DNA from: a bacterium
GTDB lineage: Bacteria; UBP18; UBA7526
DNA length: 64,000 bases
Assembly: GCA_030615855.1 (NCBI GenBank)
Contig: JAUWYL010000001.1
Span: forward strand, 139,008 to 203,007
Direction: 5' to 3'
Made by a program: the position numbers and the translations under genes. A model generated the notes under the pieces. The model did no database searches and was not told the DNA's origin. It saw nothing but the letters and a program-made list of their open reading frames with translations. Below, in pieces: positions 38,892 through 48,554 of the stretch; within the stretch, counting starts at the first letter, position 1; the number at the start of each line of letters is the position of its first letter.

Positions 38892-40511
38892 ATGACAAAA
38901 CACAAGAAGAAACGTTCACAGAAAAAAAGAAAAAATCAATTTACCCCCATCAACAAACACAAAAGAGATGGTTCAAAGCTGGCCTCAAAATTGTCTAGTC
39001 TGAATCTTCAAATGATAGATTGGGAAAGAGATTTAATTCCTGAGCATCTTTGGATAGATTTATTAGCTGAGGAATATAAAGATGTTCTTTGGTTTAAAAT
39101 TTATAACGAATTTCTAGATAAGTTAGAAGAATGCTTGACAGAACAACCCAAAACTCCACTGTTTGGCTTTATTTCAGATTTTGCCATTCCTTCAGATGAA
39201 GAAAAAGAAAAATTTATAAATAACAATAAAGATTTAATCTTTAATGCTTTTTTTAAACCTATTGGTAAAATTTTATCTTTATATCCAGAAAGTCCAGCAA
39301 GTTGGTTGGTATTAAAAGAGTGGCTAGATAGCGAAAAGGTTGATTTTGAAGAAGAATTAAATAAACTTTCTCAATCTGTATCTCGCCTGATGAAAGCAAA
39401 AGATCTATATGCAGGGCACATACGCGCCTTGCCTTTAAATAGGCTATTTAAGCACAATAAAATCTTTTTAGCACAGGGAAAAATGGATGAATTAGCTGAG
39501 CTACTTCCAAAATATCCTGAAAAATGTACTAAAGAAGAAAAATATCATGTTCAATCATTTGCCAGAACAACAATAAATCAGAATTTTATGACAGAAGAAA
39601 GATATAAGGATATGGTTTGGTCAAAATATTTTTGGCGACACAATTATGATTTAGTACCATGCGCTCCCCTTAATGAATCTCTTGAAGATGGCGACATTGA
39701 AATGCATGATGAAAAAGTAAAAGAAATACAAAAAAAGACCTGGGAAAATTCTATCAAGTTAATGAAATATCTTGATAAAATTGCAATGCAATATAAATAC
39801 GATTTATACAATCCTATGATAGATCAGATAAAACTAGGACTATTCTCAAGGATTGTTAGATTATATATTTCATTTGTATCAAATCCATTTTTATGGACTA
39901 GGGATCTTTCCTGCATAATGCTAAGATGCTTAGGTGAAACGACTATTATATTTCACTATTTAATACTTCATGGAACAAATGAAGATTTTAAAAACTTCCA
40001 TGACTATGCGGTTGGGAAGGAAAAATTATTAATGTTGCACATCCAGGACACCTACCAAGAGTTTCTTTCTTTAGAAGGTAAAGACACAGAAAAGATTGCC
40101 AAAGATATTGGTGGTGATTTTCACGCAGAAATAACAGCTGTAGAATTAAAGGGCTGGATAAAAAAAGATATCCGCACAATGGCTGATAACACAGGATTAC
40201 AGAAAATTTATAAAATCATAGTTGATCCGTCTAATGCAGATATTCATGGATCATGGTCCAGTATTCGTAAGTCAAATTTAGTAATTTGCCGTCAGATTCT
40301 ACATAGATTCCATAGAATACCGAAATTTTATGAGCCTCCTGTTTATTTAGGAGCTTTGGTAGCAGCAGATTCAATTTATTTAACGGCAAAAGAAATAGCC
40401 GTTCAAAAGTTAGGATTTCCTGAACCTGATGAAACTTTATCAGAAATATCAGAGGTGAAAAAGGCAATTCAAGAAAGATCGAAAGAAATAATTAAGAAAT
40501 TTAAACCCTAA
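38892..40511 (+). CDS. hypothetical 539-aa protein, AT-rich, basic N-terminus
   Basis: No recognisable motif. It follows the MTase pair. Confidence 0.4.
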   Translation: MTKHKKKRSQKKRKNQFTPINKHKRDGSKLASKLSSLNLQMIDWERDLIPEHLWIDLLAEEYKDVLWFKIYNEFLDKLEECLTEQPKTPLFGFISDFAIPSDEEKEKFINNNKDLIFNAFFKPIGKILSLYPESPASWLVLKEWLDSEKVDFEEELNKLSQSVSRLMKAKDLYAGHIRALPLNRLFKHNKIFLAQGKMDELAELLPKYPEKCTKEEKYHVQSFARTTINQNFMTEERYKDMVWSKYFWRHNYDLVPCAPLNESLEDGDIEMHDEKVKEIQKKTWENSIKLMKYLDKIAMQYKYDLYNPMIDQIKLGLFSRIVRLYISFVSNPFLWTRDLSCIMLRCLGETTIIFHYLILHGTNEDFKNFHDYAVGKEKLLMLHIQDTYQEFLSLEGKDTEKIAKDIGGDFHAEITAVELKGWIKKDIRTMADNTGLQKIYKIIVDPSNADIHGSWSSIRKSNLVICRQILHRFHRIPKFYEPPVYLGALVAADSIYLTAKEIAVQKLGFPEPDETLSEISEVKKAIQERSKEIIKKFKP

Positions 40512-40635
40512 CAAGGCATTGCAGCGGACAAAAAACGCAGTTTTTTGCCGCTGAATTTCAATGTTATGTAGAGCCTTCAGAAGAAGCAGAAAATCTTGGT
40601 TTTCGTCGTGCTTGGAGATGGCACGGGGAGAAATA

Positions 40636-40953
40636 ATGACTAAAACCTACTTTGAAGAAATCTCAACTCAAACTATGGAGCATATCAAGAAGGCCATATT
40701 AGAATACCGACAAGGCAAATATAGCGACCCTATGGTACTGCCTAACGCTATTGCCGCAATTCTGGAGACAGAGATAGAGGATCCGGAATATCAGAAATTT
40801 GCGGTAGAAAATTATAGTCAAATTGTCGGAATTGTCATTAATAAAAATCCAAAGTATTTAGCCATTAAGAGTAATATTGAAAGAGATTTTTACTTTCAGG
40901 TCGATGACGAAATAGTAGAGGCTTATCAAAAAGGAGTAAGGTTAAAAGGATAG
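40636..40953 (+). CDS. hypothetical small protein (start at SD-ATG MTKTYFEE; longest ORF from 40561)
   Basis: SD GGGGAG precedes the ATG at 40636. The C-terminus reads into repeat copy 4. Confidence 0.35.
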   Translation: MTKTYFEEISTQTMEHIKKAILEYRQGKYSDPMVLPNAIAAILETEIEDPEYQKFAVENYSQIVGIVINKNPKYLAIKSNIERDFYFQVDDEIVEAYQKGVRLKG

Positions 40954-41024
40954 AATATCGGGTAGAAGTTATGTTATAGCGCTTCTCGCAGGAGTCTTAA
41001 AAGGCTCCTCTTTTTTTGTTTTGG
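40932..41024. repeat. island repeat unit copy 4, closest to the attL-adjacent copy (includes terminator 40989-41022)
   Basis: aaaaaggagtaaggttaaaaggatagaatatcgggtagaagttatgttatagcg...cgcaggagtcttaaaaggctcctcttttttt. Confidence 0.7.
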
Positions 41025-41049
41025 AGCAAAATAAAGAAGGATAAAAGAG

Positions 41050-41172
41050 GCGATAAAAAATATTTTTCGGGAGCAAACCAAAAAAGGACTTGACTTTTTC
41101 TATAAAATATGGTATATTATAAGTAGTAGTGGTTGAGGGGTTAACTTTAATTTTCAGGAGGGAATAGACGGG
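41050..41172 (+). repeat. duplicated promoter/leader block, copy A (promoter TTGACT 41090-41095, TATATT 41113-41118)
   Basis: ~85% identical to 41489-41612 and includes a diverged copy of the first codons of the MerR-like gene. Confidence 0.7.
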
Positions 41173-41222
41173 GGGCAACTTCTTTAAAATCTGATGGGGC
41201 TGGATGAGATGGGAGATGAGAA

Positions 41223-41438
41223 ATGAAGAATCATGATCCTTGCCTGCGTTCTCTCTTCCAGTGCTTCCTTGAAAAACTGGGGAATATGGAAAAGGAAGAT
41301 TTCTTTGCCGTTGTTCGGGAACATTACCCCGGCGAGGAGGCCTTTGAAGAATTCATTAGCTACTTCAAAAGCGAAGAGGGAATTGACAGGTTTACAACCA
41401 TTCTGTCCGAAGAAGCAAGAAAAATAAGAATTGACTGA
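41223..41438 (+). CDS. small acidic protein (71 aa), likely born from partial duplication
   Basis: Driven by promoter copy A. Confidence 0.3.
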   Translation: MKNHDPCLRSLFQCFLEKLGNMEKEDFFAVVREHYPGEEAFEEFISYFKSEEGIDRFTTILSEEARKIRID

Positions 41439-41488
41439 AAAGAAAGTAGGGATGGGGAGGAAACCGGCCAAGAAGAGGAGAAGGGGGG

Positions 41489-41612
41489 CAATAAAAAATA
41501 TTTTTCGGGAGCAAACCAAAAAAGTACTTGACTTTTTCAGTAAGATATGGTATAATATAAAGTAAGGTGGTAGAAAGACTAACTTTAATCTTTCAGGAGG
41601 GAACAGATGGAG
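41489..41612 (+). promoter_or_regulatory. duplicated promoter/leader block, copy B (TTGACT 41528-41533, TATAAT 41551-41556) driving the MerR-like gene
   Basis: Consensus -35/-10 with 17-nt spacer. SD CAGGAGGGAACAG followed by ATG at 41607. Confidence 0.6.
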
Positions 41613-42401
41613 AATAACTTCTTTAAGATCGGTGAAGCTGTCCGTATCCTTAAAAAGGAGTATGAAAACTTGACAGCGAGCATGCTGAGATACTGGGACC
41701 AGAAAGGAGTCGTCGAGGCTTCAGAGAAGACAGAAGGGGGGCAGAGAGTATATAGAGTCGAGGATCTGGACTTAATCAGATATGCCAGGGAATTGTCAAT
41801 ATCCGGTTGTTCGCTCGGTATAATCAGAAAGGCAATCAAGGAAACTAAACTCGTTGCGAAAACTCCCAAATACTCTGCCGAATCATTCAGAAAGGCCCTT
41901 ATCAAACTAATCCGGGCTCTGCGAGCATTTAATAAACTCGAAAGACGACTAGAGGTACACAATCAGCAATCTCTTGGGGAACGATTTGAACCGATATACG
42001 ACAGAGAGGCACTGGTAAAATTATCAGGGGATCCGGCCTCTGAAAAGATTATAGATAAAGCAGAGAAATATAACTTAATATTTCCTGGAAAATCGGGTAA
42101 AAAGAAGAGATACAGCCGGGCTGACGAAGTGATCTTAAGATATTTGTTACTGATGGGAATATCTGAAATCAAAAAATTCAAAAACCTTTATGATATTATT
42201 AAGTACTTAGAAGAAGAGGTGGGCGTTACTGTAACAGTTAAGCCAGGAAAGAACTTTGCATATTTTCTGCTCCCTGGAGTTCGTTCACAATCCTTTACAG
42301 AGCGCATTGCGACACCTCAAGATCGTCTATTTCAGTTGCTGCACGATCATTACGATTATATTTACGGAGCTGTGAAGATGCTGGCGGAGCCCCATGTCTA
42401 A
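41607..42401 (+). CDS. MerR-family HTH regulator with long C-terminal domain (possible excision/regulatory factor of the element)
   Basis: N-terminal FKIGEAVRIL...SMLRYWDQKGVV...GQRVYRVEDLDLIRYAREL is a MerR-type HTH. Confidence 0.55.
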   Translation: MENNFFKIGEAVRILKKEYENLTASMLRYWDQKGVVEASEKTEGGQRVYRVEDLDLIRYARELSISGCSLGIIRKAIKETKLVAKTPKYSAESFRKALIKLIRALRAFNKLERRLEVHNQQSLGERFEPIYDREALVKLSGDPASEKIIDKAEKYNLIFPGKSGKKKRYSRADEVILRYLLLMGISEIKKFKNLYDIIKYLEEEVGVTVTVKPGKNFAYFLLPGVRSQSFTERIATPQDRLFQLLHDHYDYIYGAVKMLAEPHV

Positions 42402-42647
42402 AATAAGGCAACAAAAATACCGTGATTATGGGAGTAAATTTTTTCCCAATAACTCAATATCAATACTTCAGCCACTTTCACTATTTTTCTTAAGAAAAGT
42501 GGAAGGCCCGGTGAATGATGTCTGACATCCGGATTACCTCCGTTAAGTGCGTACCGACTCCTGATGCCAAGGAGCGTTTCAAAAAAATCGTCGTGATGCT
42601 GTTTTCGAAAGCAAAATATCAACAGGGCCGGAAGGAGGTGAGGAAAA

Positions 42648-42857
42648 ATGAAGGAAAAAGAACTAACTGATAAGGAGATAAGGAAGATACTTGAATATAA
42701 CCGAAGATTACTTAAAGAAATGCGTAAGGAGTTTTTAAGAAATCAAGAGGAGTATAGAGAAATAGCGATTCTGTTTAGTGAAGAAACGGAAATGATAGAA
42801 GCAAAGAAAAAAACTATAGAATCAATCAAAAAACTTATAAGTATGCTTCCCAAATAG
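42648..42857 (+). CDS. small coiled-coil protein (69 aa)
   Basis: KE-rich heptad-like sequence. Weak support. Confidence 0.25.
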   Translation: MKEKELTDKEIRKILEYNRRLLKEMRKEFLRNQEEYREIAILFSEETEMIEAKKKTIESIKKLISMLPK

Positions 42858-42993
42858 ATAAAAAAATAGAGAGGAAACTAGAGAAACCGGGAAAGAAGGA
42901 GGAAAAAAGACACCGTCCGAAAGTTTAAGGACCATTAAAAAACAGGGAATCAAAACTGAAACTCCGATTCCTAACCTGTCAAGGAGGCGAAAT

Positions 42994-43980
42994 ATGGAGA
43001 GGTGTAAGATGAAACGTTTACCCAGTGTATCAGTCAAGCTCGCTAGTATAATCTGTATAGCAGGTTTCATCCTTCTGTGGTATGTTTTAATTGCGGCCCA
43101 CACTACAGGACTTGTTAAGAGTTGTTTTATCATCTATAGCATAGGTTTGATGGTGGTTACTTCTTATTGGAGCTATAGAATTGCAGAATGGGTCCGAATA
43201 AGGAATACGCAATCTGTAAAAAACATATTTGCTTTTTTCTTCGGCAAATTATTTAGCCCTCGCGCACTTAAAATATTCGAGAAGATAAGGACTGAGCACC
43301 AGGATACCATCGACAAAATCCGGGGTTCTCTATTCCGTGAAGCTTCTCCGGAAGACGAACTTGTTATATCCTTGATAAATCGTCTCTTATCTGCTCTTTT
43401 TGATTTACCCGATTTTAAATACGGACAGAAGAGTCTTTTTTCCTACTCTTTACTGGTAGCCGTTCACTCCTTAGAAGATTTTGAAACGAGAGTCTGGCGG
43501 ATGGAGACCCCGGAAGGAACGCGCGACGGCGTTAAAACAATTATGATGAGGGATAAATGGAAGTTAGGAGTTTGTATCTCTGCCCTGGCGAGTAACCTAG
43601 GCAGGGTTTACGAAGCGGAAGTATCTAGCCGTAAAGCATCTGCAGAAGTTTGGAACCCAGGGCGTGAAGAACTTTATACCTTCGCCCTTCGCCATAAGGA
43701 GTATGGTATTAAGTTGAAACCTACTCAAGAAAATTTCCACAAAATCCCCACCAATTATCTCCTTCATTATATTGTGAATAGCGATGTGGCTGAAGAATTG
43801 GGAGAAGAAGTGTTCTTTGAGGTGCTGGATTCCCTGTCTCCTGCTCCTAATTCCAAGAATCGTATCTTCCCTGTGGTGGAAGAAGGAAACAAGCTAACTG
43901 TTGAAGAAATCTCTAAATCCAAAGAGGCAGTGAGAGGAGGTCGGTATTGTCCACCAGAGAAGAAAACAAAAGAAAACTAA
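42994..43980 (+). CDS. membrane protein (two N-terminal TM helices) with a cytoplasmic domain
   Basis: Hydrophobic segments SIICIAGFILLWYVLIAA and IIYSIGLMVVTSYW. Confidence 0.4.
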   Translation: MERCKMKRLPSVSVKLASIICIAGFILLWYVLIAAHTTGLVKSCFIIYSIGLMVVTSYWSYRIAEWVRIRNTQSVKNIFAFFFGKLFSPRALKIFEKIRTEHQDTIDKIRGSLFREASPEDELVISLINRLLSALFDLPDFKYGQKSLFSYSLLVAVHSLEDFETRVWRMETPEGTRDGVKTIMMRDKWKLGVCISALASNLGRVYEAEVSSRKASAEVWNPGREELYTFALRHKEYGIKLKPTQENFHKIPTNYLLHYIVNSDVAEELGEEVFFEVLDSLSPAPNSKNRIFPVVEEGNKLTVEEISKSKEAVRGGRYCPPEKKTKEN

Positions 43981-44879
43981 TTCAGGCAGTTGCAAAACGT
44001 GAATCTTTAATGCGTGTGCTTTTTGTTCTAGACTGGTTTGGTTGGGCTACCATCAGACAAGCAGCAGGATACCTGCATCTGTCAACGCGACGGGTGAACT
44101 GCATCTTAGACGAATTATTTGAATCCAGGATGGTGAAGTACAAACGGACACACGCTCTCTTCGGAAAAGGACGACGATATTGGTATCTGCTCCGTAAAGG
44201 AATATCTGTCCTTAGGGTTAGAGACCCTCATGTTTTTTCCTCGCCAATCCGCAGGGGCCAAATCCCGGATACCCCCTTTAGCCATCATCATGGTGTTGTA
44301 GATGCCATTATTGAATTACGGGAAAAAGGATTCAAATGCACTTCTTGCCGTCACTCTTTATGGCCTAGTTTAATGCAGCAATATGGCAAGCAATACCATA
44401 ATATACCCGATTTCTGGGTAAAGAAGGAAAAAGAAACCTTTATAGCCGCCGAGGTGGAGCGAACGGTCCGTGGTAAGAGGTATTATGCCCCTAAAATGAA
44501 TAACCAGCAAAAAAGATATTTTGAACGGTTTATCCCCACTCTCTACATTCCCATGACTAAAAAAGTAGAAAAAAATCTTCATAAGATAATCAAACAGATA
44601 AAACAAACTGGTGAATACACTATGAAGAAGGGAAAGCCGGATCACCTGAAGACTATGGCAGAATTTGACTATAGATACCGGAGTGGGGAAAAAGTAGGCG
44701 CCGTGGATGGCGGAATCGGATTTATGTTCAGCAATACAGAAATGACTAAATTTACTGCCCCGATTGCTTCAACCGGTGAGTGGATCGAGAGTCCTTTTAC
44801 AGAGTTGGCGGATAAGGCTAAAAAGATATCTGAGACGCTCTTCAAGAGAGAGGAGGGCGAAGTTCTGAAAAGATTTTGA
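43947..44879 (+). CDS. winged-helix protein, possibly replication-relaxation-like
   Basis: N-terminal wHTH-like LMRVLFVLDWFGWATIRQAAGYLHLSTRRVNCILDEL. Family assignment is tentative. Confidence 0.35.
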   Translation: MSTREENKRKLIQAVAKRESLMRVLFVLDWFGWATIRQAAGYLHLSTRRVNCILDELFESRMVKYKRTHALFGKGRRYWYLLRKGISVLRVRDPHVFSSPIRRGQIPDTPFSHHHGVVDAIIELREKGFKCTSCRHSLWPSLMQQYGKQYHNIPDFWVKKEKETFIAAEVERTVRGKRYYAPKMNNQQKRYFERFIPTLYIPMTKKVEKNLHKIIKQIKQTGEYTMKKGKPDHLKTMAEFDYRYRSGEKVGAVDGGIGFMFSNTEMTKFTAPIASTGEWIESPFTELADKAKKISETLFKREEGEVLKRF

Positions 44880-44943
44880 AAAGTCCTTGTCTTTTTCGTA
44901 GAGAGGGTTTATAATTAATAAAACTAGAAGTCAGGAGGTCAAA

Positions 44944-46548
44944 ATGAAGTGTGCTATTTATATCCGGGTATCAACTACTGAACAGGCAGAAAAAGGAACG
45001 AGTTTAAAAACCCAAGAAGAAGCCTTGAAGAAGTATTGCCAAGAGAACAATTATCAGATTTATAACATCTACAAAGATGATGGTTATAGTGGTGGCACTC
45101 TTGACAGGCCAGGGATTCAAAGGCTGTTAGAAGATATTAAGGAAGGCAAATTTCAGGCTGTTATAGTTTATAAGACAGACCGCTTGAGCAGATCTATTAG
45201 AAACATAGTTAATCTCGTGCTTGGTGATTTTGAAAAATATGGCATAATCTTTAAGTCTATTACTGAGCCTTATGATACTTCTATGCCTGCCGGCAGGATG
45301 TTCTTTGTTCAATTAAGTAGTTTCGCAGAATTTGAAAGAGAGACGATCAAAGAAAGAAGTAAAGAAGGCAAGTTAAGAAGGACCTTAGAAGGCAAATATA
45401 TGCTGAGCGTTCCACCTTTTGGCTATAGAAAAGATAAAAACAAAAGGCTAATTATAGACCGAGAAGAAAAGAAAGTTTATCTCCAAATAGTAAGATGGTG
45501 TTTAGATGGTGTAGGTAGTAATACTATTGCCCGGAGGCTCAATGAGCGAAACATCCCAACTAAAAAGGCTAAACTCTATAATAAACCATATAGATGGAAG
45601 CAGGGAACAGTCCTTGATTTTTTAAAACACCCTCGTTATAAAGGAGAGTTTATCTATAAAGGACATAAAGTAAAGATTCCAGCTCTGATTACAGAGGGGC
45701 GGTGGGAGCAAGTCCAGAGGCAATTAGAGAGCAACTATAACAATGCTTTAAGACATACAAGGCGGTTTTATCTTTTGAGGAATCTCTTATACTGCAAGAA
45801 ATGTGGAAGAAGGCTCTTTGGTTTGATAAAGCCCAAGAAGGGGATGAGACTCTATTGTTGTCTCAGTAAAAGGCCAGACCCAGAACCCAGATTTTGTGGC
45901 CTCAAAAATGTTAATATAGATAAAACGAATATTATTGTCTGGAATAAAATCAAAGAGATAGTCAAGAACTCTCAAAAATTAAAAGAGGCCATAGAGGAGC
46001 AAAAGGGTAGCCATTATGTTAAAGGTTACATATCCGAAATAGAGGTAAAGAATATTAACCAAATTATTCAAAGCAAAGAGAGGGAAATTGATAGGATTTT
46101 AGAACTTTATAGTCGGTCAAAAGCATTATCTATCGCAGAGTTAGATAGAAAAGTAGATGGCATTAAAAAACAAAAAGATAACTTAGTGCAGGAAAGAGAG
46201 AAAATATCAGAGGAAATAAATCGGGCCAGACAGGCAAAAGAGACTTTAAAACATCTTGAAAACTATATGGCAAAGATAAGCAAAAGAATAGATAATTTTA
46301 CTAATGAAGAAAAGTATGAATTTATCCATTTGATTGTAAGTAAGATTATAGTTGATTATGACAGAGATTTAAGGTATCATAGTATAGAGATAGAGGGAGC
46401 AATACCAATATTTAGAGAGGAAGACAGGATTCCTAAATATACCCCCCTATTACAACAAGACAATAGATATTTCCCTAATAGGGGGAGGGAGAATCCCCCG
46501 TCCAGGCGAGGTGAGCCTCTCTCACCATGGGGTTTTATTCTTAGATGA
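44944..46548 (+). CDS. large serine recombinase (integrase) of the element
   Basis: The YIRVSTTEQ catalytic Ser motif and VYKTDRLSR resolvase motifs, a recombinase domain, and a Cys-rich zinc ribbon CKKCGRRL...CC. The 3' end reads through the right junction into host sequence. Confidence 0.85.
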   Translation: MKCAIYIRVSTTEQAEKGTSLKTQEEALKKYCQENNYQIYNIYKDDGYSGGTLDRPGIQRLLEDIKEGKFQAVIVYKTDRLSRSIRNIVNLVLGDFEKYGIIFKSITEPYDTSMPAGRMFFVQLSSFAEFERETIKERSKEGKLRRTLEGKYMLSVPPFGYRKDKNKRLIIDREEKKVYLQIVRWCLDGVGSNTIARRLNERNIPTKKAKLYNKPYRWKQGTVLDFLKHPRYKGEFIYKGHKVKIPALITEGRWEQVQRQLESNYNNALRHTRRFYLLRNLLYCKKCGRRLFGLIKPKKGMRLYCCLSKRPDPEPRFCGLKNVNIDKTNIIVWNKIKEIVKNSQKLKEAIEEQKGSHYVKGYISEIEVKNINQIIQSKEREIDRILELYSRSKALSIAELDRKVDGIKKQKDNLVQEREKISEEINRARQAKETLKHLENYMAKISKRIDNFTNEEKYEFIHLIVSKIIVDYDRDLRYHSIEIEGAIPIFREEDRIPKYTPLLQQDNRYFPNRGRENPPSRRGEPLSPWGFILR

Positions 46549-47164
46549 ACTACCAGAGTTTAAGAGGAACGTCTTAGAAGTCCTGCGCCAGCCTTTAGAG
46601 GATGGGGGGGTCACCATATCAAGGGCGGTCACTTCTTTATCCTATCCCGCACGGTTCATGCTCACTGCGGCCATGAACCCCTGTCCCTGTGGCTTCTTCG
46701 GTGATCCAGTAAATGAGTGCACCTGTACTCCTCCCAAGATCCAGAAGTATAGATCGAGGATATCCGGACCTTTGCTTGACAGGATCGATCTCCACTTAGA
46801 GGTTCCCCGGGTGAAGTATAAGGAGCTCGCCTCTCAGGAGACGGGAGAGAGATCAGAGGTGATAAGGAAGAGGGTGAACAAGGCAAGGATCATTCAGCAG
46901 AAGAGGTTCCAAGGCCGGAAGGGAATCTTCTGCAATGCCCATATGGAGGCCAAAGAGATTAAGGAATTCTGTAAGATTGGTGAAGAGTCTCAGGATCTCA
47001 TTAAGTTGGCCATTACCCAGTTAGGTCTATCTGCCCGGGCTTACGATAGGATACTGAAAGTCTCCCGAACCATCGCAGATTTAGAGGAAAAACCTGATAT
47101 CGAACCGGCCCATGTCTCAGAGGCCATTGGCTATCGGAGCCTGGACCGCACTCTCTGGATGTGA
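46460..47164 (+). pseudogene. comM: comM/yifB 3' portion (resumes at [32 protein letters not shown])
   Basis: The in-frame translation upstream of the GTG at 46511 continues the ComM consensus [23 protein letters not shown]. The C-terminus reads [15 protein letters not shown]. Confidence 0.8.
46477..46485. repeat. right junction copy of AATAGGGGG
   Basis: See 27994-28002. Confidence 0.5.
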
Positions 47165-47261
47165 ATACACGGATGAGCACAGATTTTAATAACGGATTAC
47201 AGGATGCGCTTCGCTGGCATCCTAGAGAGCATAAATAATTAAGCATTGGCACGGATAAAAC

Positions 47262-47915
47262 ATGGTAAGAAAAGGTTTAGTTACATCTTTTTTAGTAGTA
47301 CTGGTTACTGGTTACTGGTTACTGGTTACCATTGGTAATGCTTGGGCAGGAATCTATGTCTATACAGATGAGAAGGGACAGATCTATGCTATCTACCAAG
47401 AGGAGGGATTGGCGATTGAGACTAAGGAGGATGGCTTTGACTTATTTATAAAAAGATTAGCTGAGAAACATAACCTTGATCCCTTACTGGTTAAGGCGGT
47501 CATCAAGGTGGAGAGTGACTTTGAAGTTGAAGCTCTTTCCCGAAAGGGAGCACAAGGCTTAATGCAACTTATGCCCCAGACCGCAGCCCACTTAGGAGTA
47601 AAGGATGTCTGGGACCCCCATCACAACATTGAGGGGGGAGTGAAGTATCTACGCAAAATGCTCAATAAGTTTAACAACAATTTGTCTTTGGCTTTGGCAG
47701 CCTACAATGCTGGCCCCAATAAGGTTAAGCAGTATGGAAGGATGCCACCCTATCCTGAAACACAACGATTTGTCTGGAAGGTAATAAAGTATTATCAATA
47801 CTATAAGGCTCAAAGTAATGCCCTCTATGTTTATACTGATGAAGGTGGGGATCGCTGTTATACCAATATCTTTTCTAATATCCCCAAAGGAGTATCCTGG
47901 AAAAGAATTGATTGA
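47262..47915 (+). CDS. lytic transglycosylase (Slt domain) with signal peptide
   Basis: ESDFEVEALSRKGAQGLMQLMPQTA...AYNAG. The N-terminus contains a 4 x CTGGTTA repeat. Confidence 0.7.
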   Translation: MVRKGLVTSFLVVLVTGYWLLVTIGNAWAGIYVYTDEKGQIYAIYQEEGLAIETKEDGFDLFIKRLAEKHNLDPLLVKAVIKVESDFEVEALSRKGAQGLMQLMPQTAAHLGVKDVWDPHHNIEGGVKYLRKMLNKFNNNLSLALAAYNAGPNKVKQYGRMPPYPETQRFVWKVIKYYQYYKAQSNALYVYTDEGGDRCYTNIFSNIPKGVSWKRID

Positions 47916-48457
47916 GGAGGGGCGGGGTGAATATCGGTATATGTGGAAAAGCCGGGACGGGAAAGACAGCGGTCGCTGACCATTTAGTCAACAAGTATGG
48001 CTATAAGAGGTATTCCATTGCGGACGAGGTAAAAAGGATTGCCGTAAGGCTTTTCAAAATGAAGGAAAAGGATAGGAAACTTTTACAAGATATTGGGTTT
48101 AAGATGAGGGAAATCAGGCCCAGCGTCTGGATCGATTTTCTTATTGCCCAGATAAAAGGAAAGGACAAGGTCGTGGTAGATGATATACGCTATCCCAATG
48201 AATATGAAGCACTAAAGAAGGAGGATCTTAAGATAATAAAGGTGGTTGCTAATAGGGAAATCTGCATCAAGAGACTAACTGAAAGGGATGGGACGGCCGC
48301 CATTGAGAGATTGGATGACGAGAGCGAGACGGCCATGGATGATGTTAAGATAGAGAATATCCTGGATGGCAATCTTCCCTTAGAAAAGATGCTTAATCAG
48401 CTCGATAAGCTCCTGAAATCTCTAAACGCAGATGACCGCAGATCAAAACGCAGATGA
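47912..48457 (+). CDS. P-loop NTPase/kinase-like protein
   Basis: GICGKAGTGKT is a Walker A motif. Confidence 0.45.
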   Translation: MRRGGVNIGICGKAGTGKTAVADHLVNKYGYKRYSIADEVKRIAVRLFKMKEKDRKLLQDIGFKMREIRPSVWIDFLIAQIKGKDKVVVDDIRYPNEYEALKKEDLKIIKVVANREICIKRLTERDGTAAIERLDDESETAMDDVKIENILDGNLPLEKMLNQLDKLLKSLNADDRRSKRR

Positions 48458-48554
48458 CCGCAGATCATCAGCGATAATCGGCGTAATATATCAGCGGCTA
48501 ACGCCTCAAGGTAAACGAAGTGCGTTGAGTGCCAGCGTTTAAAGGAGGAATGAG

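Larger units (their letters stand above)
27994..46485. mobile_element. ~18.5 kb integrated element inserted in comM, serine-recombinase type, AT-rich mosaic cargo
   Basis: comM is split, with the C-terminal portion resuming at 46460 ([15 protein letters not shown]...). A large serine recombinase lies at the right end. There is a sharp GC/codon-usage shift. AATAGGGGG is present at both junctions. Confidence 0.75.
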
